Assembly (NCBI GenBank): GCA_964532225.1
Contig: CAZHHM010000005.1
Coordinates: 12,100-76,099 of the forward strand
DNA from: an uncultured bacterium
Lineage (GTDB): Bacteria > Margulisbacteria > WOR-1 > JAKLHX01
Length of the DNA stretch: 64,000 nt
Direction of reading: 5' to 3'
The notes under the pieces were generated by a model. The model worked only from the letters and a program-made list of their open reading frames with translations, ran no database searches and was not told where the DNA came from. This document shows, piece by piece, positions 50,612 to 60,398 of this stretch; position 1 is the first letter of the stretch; each line of letters starts with the position of its first letter. The position numbers were made by a program, and so were the translations under genes.

Positions 50612-51879
50612 ATCTTCTTGCCCGCGGTTACCTTGTCAGAAGCATATCCGACAGCACTCTCTATGCTGATCAGCTCCTTTTTCCCGGCAGCTCTTTCGGA
50701 GAACTCTACCTTGCCCTCGGCAAGTGTCTTGCCGACAATTATCTTGAACGGAACACCGATAAGGTCCATATCTTTGAACTTGACGCCGGCCCTTTCGTCC
50801 CTGTCGTCAATAAGGGCATCAATGCCCGCTTTTATCAGGCCGGTATATATATCCTCGGCTGCGCGGCTCTGTGCCTGGTCCTGCACATTGACAGGAACAA
50901 CAGCGACCTCGAAAGGTGCGATAGGCAAAGGCCAGATCATTCCGTTCTGATCATGGTTCTGCTCGACCGCGGCCGCCGCGGTCCTTCCTATACCGATCCC
51001 GTAACAACCCATAATGAAAGGCTTCCGGCTGCCGTCCTCATCAAGATACACGGCTTGCATCTTTTCGGAATATTTGGTGCCGAGCTGGAATATATGCCCC
51101 ACTTCTATGCCTCGCTCGACCTTGAGGACCCCTGTACTGCATTTGGGGCAGGAATTGTCGGACTCGATCTTTGAAAGTTCCTTTGAGATCGCATACCTGC
51201 ATTCGGTACAATATACAAGCTCGTCCTCACCGGTCTGCGCAACGACCATGAACTCCTGGGAATATCCTCCGCCTATTGCGCCCGGGTCAGCTTCGGAGAC
51301 CCTGTATTTGAGCCCGCACCTGTCAAAGATCGAGCAGTAGGCCTTGTACATCCTGTCATAGCTTGCCGTAAGACCGGCCTCGTCGCGGTCAAAGCTGTAG
51401 CAGTCCTTCATGATGAATTCCCTTCCGCGCATGAGCCCGAACCTGGGACGTATCTCGTCCCTGAACTTGGTCTGGATCTGGTAAAGCGTTACCGGCAGGC
51501 TCTTGTATGAGGACACATTGTTCCTCACAAGGTCGGTGATCACCTCTTCATGCGTCGGGCCCAGGCAAAAATCCCTTTCATGCCTGTCCTTGATCCTCAT
51601 GAGCTCTTTTCCGTATATGTCCCACCTTCCGGTCTCGACCCAAAGCTCCGCAGGCTGTATCGCAGGAAGAAGCACCTCCTGTGCTCCGGCTGCGTTCATT
51701 TCCTGCCTTACTATCTCTTCGATCTTCCTTACGACCTTCCATCCCAGAGGAAGGAGATTATATACCCCGGCGGCCAGTTTTCTTATGAAGCCGCCTCTCA
51801 GCATCAGTTTGTGGCTGACGACCTCGGCTTCAGACGGATCGTCCCTCAATGTAGGGAATAGCAGTCTTGTGGTCCTCAT
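50608..51879 (-). CDS. proS: Prolyl-tRNA synthetase (short form without INS editing domain)
   Basis: Bacterial-type N-terminus [34 protein letters not shown]. Class II motifs. 423 aa. Confidence 0.85.
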   Translation of the reverse strand: MRTTRLLFPTLRDDPSEAEVVSHKLMLRGGFIRKLAAGVYNLLPLGWKVVRKIEEIVRQEMNAAGAQEVLLPAIQPAELWVETGRWDIYGKELMRIKDRHERDFCLGPTHEEVITDLVRNNVSSYKSLPVTLYQIQTKFRDEIRPRFGLMRGREFIMKDCYSFDRDEAGLTASYDRMYKAYCSIFDRCGLKYRVSEADPGAIGGGYSQEFMVVAQTGEDELVYCTECRYAISKELSKIESDNSCPKCSTGVLKVERGIEVGHIFQLGTKYSEKMQAVYLDEDGSRKPFIMGCYGIGIGRTAAAAVEQNHDQNGMIWPLPIAPFEVAVVPVNVQDQAQSRAAEDIYTGLIKAGIDALIDDRDERAGVKFKDMDLIGVPFKIIVGKTLAEGKVEFSERAAGKKELISIESAVGYASDKVTAGKKI

Positions 51880-51895
51880 GCTTTTTATCTCCGAT

Positions 51896-53950
51896 CTATA
51901 GGACTATTTTTGTAAGGTCAGCGACAGAAAGGAACAGGGAGTCTATCTTGCGAAGTAAAGCGATCCTGTTGCCTTTTATCGCTGGGTCCTTATGCATTAC
52001 CAGGACTTTCTCGAAGAACACTTCAAGCACAGGCGCAAGGCCCGACAGGGATCTCAGCGCCTGCGAGATATCGGCTTTTTCGAGAGAGGTCTCTACCTGC
52101 CCTGAAATCTTTGTGTAGTCGGAATACAGGTCTTTCTCCTCTTTGTCAGCCAGCAGCTTTTCGCTGAAGGCCGGGGCCTCGAGCTTGCCGATTATCCTGC
52201 GGACCCTGTCACTGGCCAGCACTACATCGCTCAGCTCTTTCGAGCCTGAAATATCCTTAAGTTTGAATGCCGTGCAGTAAGCCTTTACGACATCATCAGA
52301 TGCCGCCGAGACGGAATCCGAAATATCATACCTTATGCCCTCCGCCTCAAGCACGGCTTTAAGCCTCTGCATGACAAAATCCCTGACCTTGGCCTTGGTT
52401 TCCGCATTACCCCCGCCAAGCACTTCGAACGCTTTTTCTATCACACCTGAAAGTGAGATGGTCATGTTCGATCCAAGTACGACAGCCACTATACCCACGG
52501 CTGCCCTTCGAAGTCCGTACGGGTCTTCGGAACCGCTGGGGATGATCCCCGCCTTGAAACAGGAGCATACCGTATCGAGCTTGTCCGCTATAGAAACGAC
52601 AGCAGAGGCAGTTCCTTCCGGCAGACGGTCGCCCGAAAATCTCGGCAGATAGTGCTCAAAAATACCGTCAGCAACATCTTTATCTTTACCCTGACGCAAC
52701 GCGTATTCCCGTCCCATTATTCCGGACAGGACAGCGAATTCACCCACCATATGGGTCACAAGGTCTGCTTTTGCAAGGAGCGCTATCTTTGATATCACTG
52801 ACCTTTGCGTGTTATCAAGCCCAAGCAGTGATGCGATCTCCTGCGCCAGTTTCCCGTTACGCTCCGTCTTGTCCCACATGCTCCCGAGCTTTTCGTGGTA
52901 AACTATCTTCTTCATCTTCTCGAGACCTTCCTCAAGAGTGCGCTTCATGTCCTCGTCTAGGAAGAACTTGGCGTCCGAAAGTCTTGAGTTAACGACCTGT
53001 TCGTATCCCCTGGATATGACCTCATCGTTCCTTCCGTCCGCGACAATAAGGAAATCGGACGAGCCGTGGACAGGGAAGCATTTCTGCTGTTTCTTAACGA
53101 CCGTATCGATCACATCCTGCGGCAGATGTCCCGAGAATTCCTTCCTGAACGAACCGGTGAGCACGACAGGGTTCTCTACTATGTTCGCGACCTCATCGAG
53201 CAGATCAGGGTCCTTCACTACCGAGTTGCCTGTTTCATTTTCATATTTGCCTATCGCATCGCTGATCGATCCGAGCCTTTTTTCACGGTCAAGTACGACG
53301 CCTTTTTTGAGGATAAAGTCAGAGTAGGTCTTCAGATCTGCCCCTCCGTCATACTTGAACATTTCATTGCCTGCAAGGAACCTGTGACCGTCGACCTTAT
53401 CGGAAGATATCTTGCCTGCTAGCTCGATCTTAAGGGAGGCATCTCCCAAAAATGCCATTACATAGTGTACAGGACGGATAAAGACAGTATCTCCGTCACC
53501 CCATCTCATGGAGACAGGAAGATAAAGCGAGGAAAGCCATTGAGGAAGAAGATCTTTAAGAGCTTCCTCCAGATCCTTGCCCTTATCTTTTCTTAATACA
53601 TATATATACTCTTTCCCGCCGGCTTCCTTAACAAAGAGGTCCTTAACATCGGCTTTGTTCGCTGCCGCAAAACCTTTGGCAGCAACGGTCGGCCCCCCTG
53701 AAGCGTCAAATGCCGCAGCTTTTTGCGGTCCCCTCACCTCCTGCTCGAGGTCCTCCTGCTTTGCAGGAAGGCCCTGCGCGAAAAGGACGAGTCTCCTTCC
53801 TGTCCCGGATGCTGTGATCTTTTTGTGCGATATCCTTGAAGAGGTAAAGAGCGAGGAGGCTTTTTCTTCCATGTCCTTCAGAAGTCCGGCCATGAACCGG
53901 GCAGGTATCTCTTCAAGCCCTATTTCAAGCAAAAGGTCCTTTGTTGCCAT
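51896..53950 (-). CDS. glyS: Glycyl-tRNA synthetase beta subunit
   Basis: [20 protein letters not shown] GlyS N-terminus. 684 aa. Confidence 0.9.
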   Translation of the reverse strand: MATKDLLLEIGLEEIPARFMAGLLKDMEEKASSLFTSSRISHKKITASGTGRRLVLFAQGLPAKQEDLEQEVRGPQKAAAFDASGGPTVAAKGFAAANKADVKDLFVKEAGGKEYIYVLRKDKGKDLEEALKDLLPQWLSSLYLPVSMRWGDGDTVFIRPVHYVMAFLGDASLKIELAGKISSDKVDGHRFLAGNEMFKYDGGADLKTYSDFILKKGVVLDREKRLGSISDAIGKYENETGNSVVKDPDLLDEVANIVENPVVLTGSFRKEFSGHLPQDVIDTVVKKQQKCFPVHGSSDFLIVADGRNDEVISRGYEQVVNSRLSDAKFFLDEDMKRTLEEGLEKMKKIVYHEKLGSMWDKTERNGKLAQEIASLLGLDNTQRSVISKIALLAKADLVTHMVGEFAVLSGIMGREYALRQGKDKDVADGIFEHYLPRFSGDRLPEGTASAVVSIADKLDTVCSCFKAGIIPSGSEDPYGLRRAAVGIVAVVLGSNMTISLSGVIEKAFEVLGGGNAETKAKVRDFVMQRLKAVLEAEGIRYDISDSVSAASDDVVKAYCTAFKLKDISGSKELSDVVLASDRVRRIIGKLEAPAFSEKLLADKEEKDLYSDYTKISGQVETSLEKADISQALRSLSGLAPVLEVFFEKVLVMHKDPAIKGNRIALLRKIDSLFLSVADLTKIVL

Positions 53951-53978
53951 TTTTCTATCCGTTCCTATCTATTAATTA

Positions 53979-55301
53979 TCAGTAGAAGATCGCCAGGAGC
54001 TGGTCGAGCATATCCTCGAAAGAGACCTGATCGAACGTTCCCTGCTTGAGAAAATCGTTCACCGCGTCTATCTTGGAGATGGCGTCATCTATCTTGGGGT
54101 TGCTCCCTTTGACGTATGCCCCGATGTTGATCAGGTCCTCAGCTTCATTATACCTTGCCAGGACCTCTCGCAGCTTGCCCGCAGCCTCTCTGTGCTCGTC
54201 GCTCACCAGGGTGGACATTATCCTGCTAACACTGGGAAGAATATCGATGGCCGGATAATGGTTCTTGGCGGCCATGTTCCTTGAAAGGATGATGTGTCCG
54301 TCGAGTATGCTCCTTGACTGGTCGGCTATCGGCTCGTTGAAATCATCGCCCTCCACAAGTATCGTATAAAAAGCCGTTATGGACCCGACCTCGTTCGTGC
54401 CGGAACGCTCCATCAGCTTTGGAAGCATGGCGAACACTGAAGGCGTATAGCCTCTTGTGGTAGGAGGCTCCCCTGAAGCAAGCCCTACATCCCTTTGTGC
54501 ATAAGCGAACCTTGTGGTCGAATCCATCATGAATACCACCTTAAGGTCCTGATCCCTGAAATATTCGGCTATCGCAGTGGCAACGAACGACGCTTTCAGC
54601 CTTATGAGTGGAGGCTGGTCCGAAGTTGCAACAACAACCACGGATTTCTTGAGCCCCTCCTCCCCCAGGCTCTCCTCAATGAAATCCCTTACCTCCCTGC
54701 CTCGTTCTCCGACAAGGGCGATGACGTTCACATCGGCCTCCGCGTTCCTTGCTATCATGCCCATTAGCGTCGACTTGCCCACGCCTGAACCGGCAAAGAT
54801 GCCCATTCGCTGTCCCCTGCCGATTGTCAGCAGGCCATCGATGGCCCTTACACCTGTTCTGAGTATCTCAGTGACTCGCGGTCTTTTTACCGGGTCTGGA
54901 GGGTCGGCATCAAGCGACTTTTCATGGTCAACGAGAAGCGGACCTTTGTCATCGATAGGCTCGCCAAGACCGTTAAGCACCCTTCCCAGAAGTCCGTGCC
55001 CGACCTTGACCATAAGGGGGTGACCAGCTGCGAGGACCTCGCTCCCGGGAGATATCCCGGCAGTAGAACCGAGAGGCATAAGAAGCACTCGCCCTTCTTT
55101 GAACCCGACAACTTCTCCGTACCTTATCTCATCATCGCCGATGGTGATCACACAGAGATCGCCGATCGACACGCCCTGTACCTGAGCCTCAAGTATGAGA
55201 CCTACCACTTGGATGACCTTGCCGATAACTTTGACCGTATCGGCGCGTTCTACAAGTTTGTGATATTTTTCAAAGTCGATGACGAGGGGATTGTCGGTCA
55301 C
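53979..55301 (-). CDS. fliI: Flagellum-specific ATPase FliI
   Basis: Walker A GSGVGKSTLMGMI. F1-ATPase beta-like. Confidence 0.9.
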   Translation of the reverse strand: MTDNPLVIDFEKYHKLVERADTVKVIGKVIQVVGLILEAQVQGVSIGDLCVITIGDDEIRYGEVVGFKEGRVLLMPLGSTAGISPGSEVLAAGHPLMVKVGHGLLGRVLNGLGEPIDDKGPLLVDHEKSLDADPPDPVKRPRVTEILRTGVRAIDGLLTIGRGQRMGIFAGSGVGKSTLMGMIARNAEADVNVIALVGERGREVRDFIEESLGEEGLKKSVVVVATSDQPPLIRLKASFVATAIAEYFRDQDLKVVFMMDSTTRFAYAQRDVGLASGEPPTTRGYTPSVFAMLPKLMERSGTNEVGSITAFYTILVEGDDFNEPIADQSRSILDGHIILSRNMAAKNHYPAIDILPSVSRIMSTLVSDEHREAAGKLREVLARYNEAEDLINIGAYVKGSNPKIDDAISKIDAVNDFLKQGTFDQVSFEDMLDQLLAIFY

Positions 55302-55302
55302 A

Positions 55303-56076
55303 TTAACCTGCCTTTTTGAAAGCTTTCTCTATGAGCTCGAGCTTCGTGCCCAGCCTTGCGTCGACATAACCCAGATTGGTCTCGATGACACATCCGCCCT
55401 GCTCTACCTGGGAATCCTCCACTATTGAAAGGTTTTTGATCCCGTCCACGATGCCTGCGATCTTTTCCTTGTTCTTTTTTACATACTCAAGGTCTTCCCT
55501 GTTGACCTTGACGATGACGCTGTCGCGGTCGCTGACCCTGTTCACTGCATCAACGATCATGTTCATGATGGCATCTTTGTTGGTGGTCACCTCGGACCTG
55601 AGTATCTGCTCGGCGATCTTCAGGGACAGTCTGAGTATCTCCTGTTCGGAATCCTTAACTACCTTCTTTTTCTCCTCGATAGCGCTGTTGAGCGTCTCAA
55701 AAGCTTCGGTAACATATTCGGCGACTTTCTGCTCTCCTTCTTTCCGGCCCTCTGCCTCTGCTTCTTCCTTGGCTTTTGCCCGTATGGACTCTGCTTCGGC
55801 ATAGGCGGTCTCGATCACCTCCTGGGCCTTTGCCTCTGCCTCCGCCATTATGTTCCCCGCGGCTTCCTCCGCGCTCTGCTCGGCTTCCAGTCCTGAGAAC
55901 TGAGACTCTTGGTCTTCTTGTTCTTCCGTATGTGATCCTGTGGACATATGTGGCACAGGTGCTGCCATGCGGAGATTCGCGGAGTTCTGGTCGTCTGAGG
56001 GAACATCTCCTGCGGCCGCCTGTCTGAGATCGATGATCCCCTTTTCGACTATCCTGTCCTTTTTGATTATGGCCAT
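55303..56076 (-). CDS. fliH: Flagellar assembly protein FliH
   Basis: Glu/Ala-rich coiled coil then FliH C-domain. Position between the FliG-like gene and fliI. Confidence 0.75.
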   Translation of the reverse strand: MAIIKKDRIVEKGIIDLRQAAAGDVPSDDQNSANLRMAAPVPHMSTGSHTEEQEDQESQFSGLEAEQSAEEAAGNIMAEAEAKAQEVIETAYAEAESIRAKAKEEAEAEGRKEGEQKVAEYVTEAFETLNSAIEEKKKVVKDSEQEILRLSLKIAEQILRSEVTTNKDAIMNMIVDAVNRVSDRDSVIVKVNREDLEYVKKNKEKIAGIVDGIKNLSIVEDSQVEQGGCVIETNLGYVDARLGTKLELIEKAFKKAG

Positions 56077-56077
56077 A

Positions 56078-56590
56078 TCAGCCTAACCTCTGCAGTCTTT
56101 CTGCCAGTATCAGAATGAGCTTTTCCTTGAGGCTTTCCGATACAGGCGTCTGTTTCAGGCCTTTCATGAACTGATCTATCTCCTTCTTCCGCTCACCAAG
56201 GTACATAAGGACCTCTTTTGCGTTCACGGCCGGGAAGAATGACAATATGAATGCGACCACCGAATTGCGCTCGGCCGACAGCGCCGCAGCCGTCTTTCTC
56301 GGCTGTGAATAGAACACTATGTCATACGGGCTTCTCTGGACCTCGGCCATTCTCTGTTCTGCAGGCTCCTCAATAGCCTTTCTCTGTGCCGCAGACGGAA
56401 GCGTAAAGAACTGTGTAAATTCCTCAAGGACGCTTGTGATCGCATCTGCTGAAGGGTTCGGCAGATTATTGATACCTGCCGTTATCAGGTCAGCAAGATC
56501 ATCGGGCAGGAGCTTCAGTATCTGGGAGGAAATATCCGTCCCCAGTATCGAAAGGAGTATGGTCGCCTTTTCCCTGCCGGATAAGGCCAT
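56078..56590 (-). CDS. fliG: FliG-like protein, N-terminal and middle-domain homology only (170 aa)
   Basis: LSGREKATILLSILGTDISSQILKLL matches the FliG N-domain. IVFYSQPRKTAAALSAERNSVVAFILSFFPAVNAKEVLMYL matches the FliG ARM-M motif. No C-terminal torque domain. Occupies the canonical fliG slot. Confidence 0.55.
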   Translation of the reverse strand: MALSGREKATILLSILGTDISSQILKLLPDDLADLITAGINNLPNPSADAITSVLEEFTQFFTLPSAAQRKAIEEPAEQRMAEVQRSPYDIVFYSQPRKTAAALSAERNSVVAFILSFFPAVNAKEVLMYLGERKKEIDQFMKGLKQTPVSESLKEKLILILAERLQRLG

Positions 56591-58255
56591 TTACTTGTCC
56601 TCCTCGTTAAGCCATTTCTTGAGAAGCTCCGCTACTTTTTCAGGGGACTGGGAAACAGCCGATCTCATCTGCTCCACGGCAGCCGCGCTCCTGTCCTCTG
56701 CTCTCGGCTCTGCCGGTCTTGCAGGAGGCTCGTAGTACGGTGTCTCTTCCCTTCGCGAGAAGAAACGCCTGATCCATATGATAAGGAGGATCACGATAAA
56801 GCCGGCAATACCGTAGACCGCCATCCTGCCGTATTCCATGATCGTTTTTAGAGGGGAAAGACCGGAGACTTTCTCGACCGGTATCCCGGACGGGGTCGTT
56901 GCAGTTCCCATTGCCGTCGCATAGTGGAACGGCACCTGCCTGAGGATTATCCTGTCCCCTCTTTTAGAATCATACGGCAGTGCGTTCTTGATGGTTATGA
57001 ACGTTGTTTTCTTGAGAGCCTGCGTCATGTTGAACCTGTTATCGACCAGGACGATCACTGTCAGTTTGCGGATATTCCCGCCCTGTTTTGCCGCTGCAGC
57101 TTTGGGAGAAGCCTTCACTTTACCCGGTTTTACGGTCTTTTTATTCGGCTGTTTTGCCTGAGGCTTCTTTACATATTTGTTCGCGTCAACGAACTCAACA
57201 TTGACCTTGACCAGGATACTGTTCGGAGGATAGAACCTGTTGACCAGCATCTGCGCTTTTGAGGAAAGCCTGTTCTCGTATTCCTCTTTTGACTTTAATT
57301 TTTCAAGAAGCTTCTCTTCTCCGGATATTTCCTGGGCGACCGGCATTGTGACCGGGACCTCTTTTGGGGCCGAAGCCTCATTTCTTACGGGGACAGGCTC
57401 AACTATCCTCGGCTCAACGGACCTTTCAGGGGACTGGTCCTCAGGCATGGTCTCCTGCGGTTTAGTGACGACCGTCGGCTCGGGCATTTCGGCTGACGGA
57501 CTCTCCGCATCTTTAACTGCAGGAGGGATCCGTCCCGGGGCCGCCCCCTCGCCAAGCCCCGGTTCCGGAGTGGCGACAGCCGGCAGCGTCTGAAGGGAAC
57601 CGTTCTCTACGTTCGTGAGCATGTTCCCGAAAACATCTATGATGGTAACGTTCTCAGGCCTCAAATTCTCAACAGAGCTGGCGACAAGCCTTACGATGCC
57701 GTTGACCTGTTCCCTGGTAAGACTGCGTCCCGGTTTGAGCTGGAGAAGTACTGAAGCGGTCACCGGTACTTTGGTGACTTCGAACAGCTGTGTCTGAGGT
57801 ATCACTATCTGGACCCTGGCATCATCAATGGCCTCTATGCGTATGATCGTCCTTGCAAGCTCACCTGAGATCGCCCTGGCGAACTGCACTCTACGGTCAA
57901 AATCGGTAGTGCCCAGCTTTGATTCGTCAAATATCTCCCAGCCCACCGAGCCGCCGGCCGGAAGGTTCTTTTCGGCAAGTGAGAGCTTTGCTTCATCAGC
58001 TCTGTCCCTGGGAACGGCAAGCGATCTGCCTCCTTCTTTTATCTGGTACGGTATCTTTGCTCCTTTTAGGAAAGAAACGACATTGGCTGCGTCCCTCAGG
58101 TCAAGATTGGAGTAGATGACAACATAGTCGGAATACGGGTCCCTGGCCCCGCAGCTCCTTATCGAGAAGAAGAGCAGCGAAAAAACAACGATGAAAACGG
58201 CAACAAGCAGGATCCTTCTGTTGTTCAGCGAGAACAGACCTGAAGCTTCACCCAT
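56591..58255 (-). CDS. fliF: Flagellar M-ring protein FliF
   Basis: N-terminal TM, YVVIYSNLDLRDAANVVSFLKGAKIPYQI signature, Pro-rich linker, C-terminal TM. Confidence 0.85.
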   Translation of the reverse strand: MGEASGLFSLNNRRILLVAVFIVVFSLLFFSIRSCGARDPYSDYVVIYSNLDLRDAANVVSFLKGAKIPYQIKEGGRSLAVPRDRADEAKLSLAEKNLPAGGSVGWEIFDESKLGTTDFDRRVQFARAISGELARTIIRIEAIDDARVQIVIPQTQLFEVTKVPVTASVLLQLKPGRSLTREQVNGIVRLVASSVENLRPENVTIIDVFGNMLTNVENGSLQTLPAVATPEPGLGEGAAPGRIPPAVKDAESPSAEMPEPTVVTKPQETMPEDQSPERSVEPRIVEPVPVRNEASAPKEVPVTMPVAQEISGEEKLLEKLKSKEEYENRLSSKAQMLVNRFYPPNSILVKVNVEFVDANKYVKKPQAKQPNKKTVKPGKVKASPKAAAAKQGGNIRKLTVIVLVDNRFNMTQALKKTTFITIKNALPYDSKRGDRIILRQVPFHYATAMGTATTPSGIPVEKVSGLSPLKTIMEYGRMAVYGIAGFIVILLIIWIRRFFSRREETPYYEPPARPAEPRAEDRSAAAVEQMRSAVSQSPEKVAELLKKWLNEEDK

Positions 58256-58276
58256 TTACTGCTTTACCCCCTGTTA

Positions 58277-58618
58277 TCATATCTGCATCTGCGTCATTTC
58301 TTTAAAAGTGTTCACCGCCGATGTCACGGTGGTCACGGCCAGCTGGACGGCTATGTTCATTTTAGCCGTAGCGATCATGACGTCCGAAAGCTCTGCCTGC
58401 CCTGCCGCATACTTGTTCATCAGGTCATTGGCAGTAAACTCGGTCTTGCTTACCCCTTCGAGAGATTCGACCGCTCTGTTAAGGATAGTGTCGAACATGT
58501 TCTGTCCGGTCTGTACTGTATTGCCCGCAACGGCCGGCACCGGCGCCTGTGCGATCTCCTCAGGCCCCATTATCTGGGCCAGAAGGTTCGGGTCTATCCT
58601 GCTTATGCTTTCGACCAT
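58277..58618 (-). CDS. fliE: Flagellar hook-basal body protein FliE
   Basis: C-terminal VTSAVNTFKEMTQMQI. Confidence 0.75.
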   Translation of the reverse strand: MVESISRIDPNLLAQIMGPEEIAQAPVPAVAGNTVQTGQNMFDTILNRAVESLEGVSKTEFTANDLMNKYAAGQAELSDVMIATAKMNIAVQLAVTTVTSAVNTFKEMTQMQI

Positions 58619-58627
58619 CTATATCTC

Positions 58628-59065
58628 CTATTGTATCGTAAGGGCGTCCTGGTTCATCTTCCTTATGGTAGTGAACATGGTTATGTTCGCCTCATAAAGC
58701 TTGCTCGCGTAAACCAGATCGGTCATTTCGGTCGCCATGGATACGTTCGGCATGGTTACGTATCCGTTCTGGTCTGCGTCAGGATGACCGGGATTGTACA
58801 CCTTCTGCATCGGCGTTCTTGTGTCTTCGATGACATTTGCGGCCACTCCTCCCGACCTTGATTCCAGCCTGTTGGTCGCGCTCTCGAGCTCTTTTTCGAA
58901 CTCGACCGGCTTTTCAGAAAAAGAAACGGTCTTTCTGCGGTACGGACCTCCGTCAACGCTGTTGGTCGAGTTGATATTTGCCAGATTGCTGGCGATCATC
59001 TCGACATGCGTTTTTTCCGCGTTTATACCGGAGATCGCGATCGCAGAAGCGTTACGCAGCCCCAT
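58628..59065 (-). CDS. flgC: Flagellar basal-body rod protein FlgC
   Basis: SNLANINST...GGPYRRK motif. Confidence 0.85.
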   Translation of the reverse strand: MGLRNASAIAISGINAEKTHVEMIASNLANINSTNSVDGGPYRRKTVSFSEKPVEFEKELESATNRLESRSGGVAANVIEDTRTPMQKVYNPGHPDADQNGYVTMPNVSMATEMTDLVYASKLYEANITMFTTIRKMNQDALTIQ

Positions 59066-59068
59066 CGC

Positions 59069-59362
59069 TTATTTCCTCCCCTGAGTGACTATCGACCTCA
59101 GCACCGCAAGTTTCGCTGCAAGGAACTTGGTGTAAGCCGAATACTCTCCGCTGTTCTTCGCCATATCGGCCATCTCCTGCTCAAGGTTGAACTTCCTGTC
59201 GGTCTTGTCCACTGCCTTGTTGAGCACATCGTCGAACTTTTGAGGCACAAAACCTGGCACCTCGGCGTTGGCGATATTGTGCGCGCTGATCTCCTGCTTC
59301 ATTTCGGCGCGTATCATCGATCTTTCTATGTTGGCGAACGTCGAATCGAATATTTCAGCCAT
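59069..59362 (-). CDS. flgB: Flagellar basal-body rod protein FlgB
   Basis: HNIANAEVPGF rod N-terminal motif. Precedes flgC. Confidence 0.7.
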   Translation of the reverse strand: MAEIFDSTFANIERSMIRAEMKQEISAHNIANAEVPGFVPQKFDDVLNKAVDKTDRKFNLEQEMADMAKNSGEYSAYTKFLAAKLAVLRSIVTQGRK

Positions 59363-59364
59363 AA

Positions 59365-60108
59365 TTACCTCAGCTGCTTCCTTAACGATGTTATGGACCG
59401 TGATATCAGCCTATTGACCTTGCTTCTGGACAGTTTGAGCTGGGAAGCGATATCCTTCTGGTTCACGCCCTTCTTGAAGAACATCTCCAGCACTTTTTTC
59501 TCGAGCTTCGGCAGGTCCTCGATAGATCTTGACAGCCTTGACTGAAGGTCGTTGGTCTCCGCCAGGTCCGCCGGCGTGCGTTCGCCGGACACCTGCACCT
59601 CAGAGGTCTCGGTGAGCTGTTCAAGCGATACAAGGTACATGAGAGCGGACGCGGATACGATCTTCTGTATCTTGTTCACAGCGGACTTGAACTCGCTCTC
59701 GCTCAGCTGTTTCTTTTCGAGCAGCTTGAGGTCCTTGTCGGTAATTCCGTCGCCCTTGTTCACTCCTTTGAGAAGCGCCTTGTCGCCTTTTTTTGCAAGG
59801 TCCCTTATCATCACCTGTACCCTGTAGGGCACCGGGTTATATAGTTTGAGGCCGTCGAGTATCTCACCCCTGATCCTGTAGGAAGCGTAAGTCTCGAACT
59901 TCACTCCGCGCTTTGGGTCGAACCTCTCCCATGCTTTCATCAGGCCGACCATGCCGTCGCTTACAAGGTCGTTGTACTCAATGTTTGGAGGAAGCCCTTT
60001 TCCGGATATCATCGCTGCTATCGAATGCACCAGAGGCATGTACGCCTCAAGAGGCATCGCGCTTTTGATCATCTCTTTTTCAGAGTGCTTTTTTTCTTTT
60101 TTGTTCAC
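59365..60108 (-). CDS. fliA: Flagellar sigma factor FliA (sigma-28)
   Basis: Sigma-70 region 2 (FETYASYRIRGEILD) and region 4 HTH (KDIASQLKLSRSKVNRL). Confidence 0.8.
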   Translation of the reverse strand: MNKKEKKHSEKEMIKSAMPLEAYMPLVHSIAAMISGKGLPPNIEYNDLVSDGMVGLMKAWERFDPKRGVKFETYASYRIRGEILDGLKLYNPVPYRVQVMIRDLAKKGDKALLKGVNKGDGITDKDLKLLEKKQLSESEFKSAVNKIQKIVSASALMYLVSLEQLTETSEVQVSGERTPADLAETNDLQSRLSRSIEDLPKLEKKVLEMFFKKGVNQKDIASQLKLSRSKVNRLISRSITSLRKQLR

Positions 60109-60398
60109 TGGGCCTCTCTCCTGTCAAGTTCCGCGTCAACAAGCTTGTTAAATCCGAAAGCGTCATCCTGCGCCAGCTGCTCTATCATTTTATCGGATAC
60201 GGCATCCGAGAATAGCTGCCCGTAAGGACCGGAGGTGAATATCCCGTCCTCCGACTGCGTCTTGAACACCTCTTTCAGCATCTGCTTCATGAACATCGAC
60301 ACCAGCTCTTTTCCGGCATCGGAAGCGTTGCTGACATTGTCCGTCCTGTACATGTTGTTGTTGTCGACCATCCATACAGGAGGCAAGGAATAATCCAT
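60105..60398 (-). CDS. Flagellar rod-binding protein (FlgJ N-terminal-domain-like, no hydrolase domain)
   Basis: FMKQMLKEVFK...GPYGQLFSDAVSDKMIEQLAQ matches the rod-binding domain pattern. Confidence 0.6.
   Translation of the reverse strand: MDYSLPPVWMVDNNNMYRTDNVSNASDAGKELVSMFMKQMLKEVFKTQSEDGIFTSGPYGQLFSDAVSDKMIEQLAQDDAFGFNKLVDAELDRREAQ

Noticed and set aside
56078-56590. FliG pseudogene or frameshift
   Set aside because: Only 2 nt separate it from fliH and fliF ends 1 nt upstream. There is no unassigned coding space for a missing C-terminal domain. Kept as a genuine short gene, or as a possible assembly error to verify.
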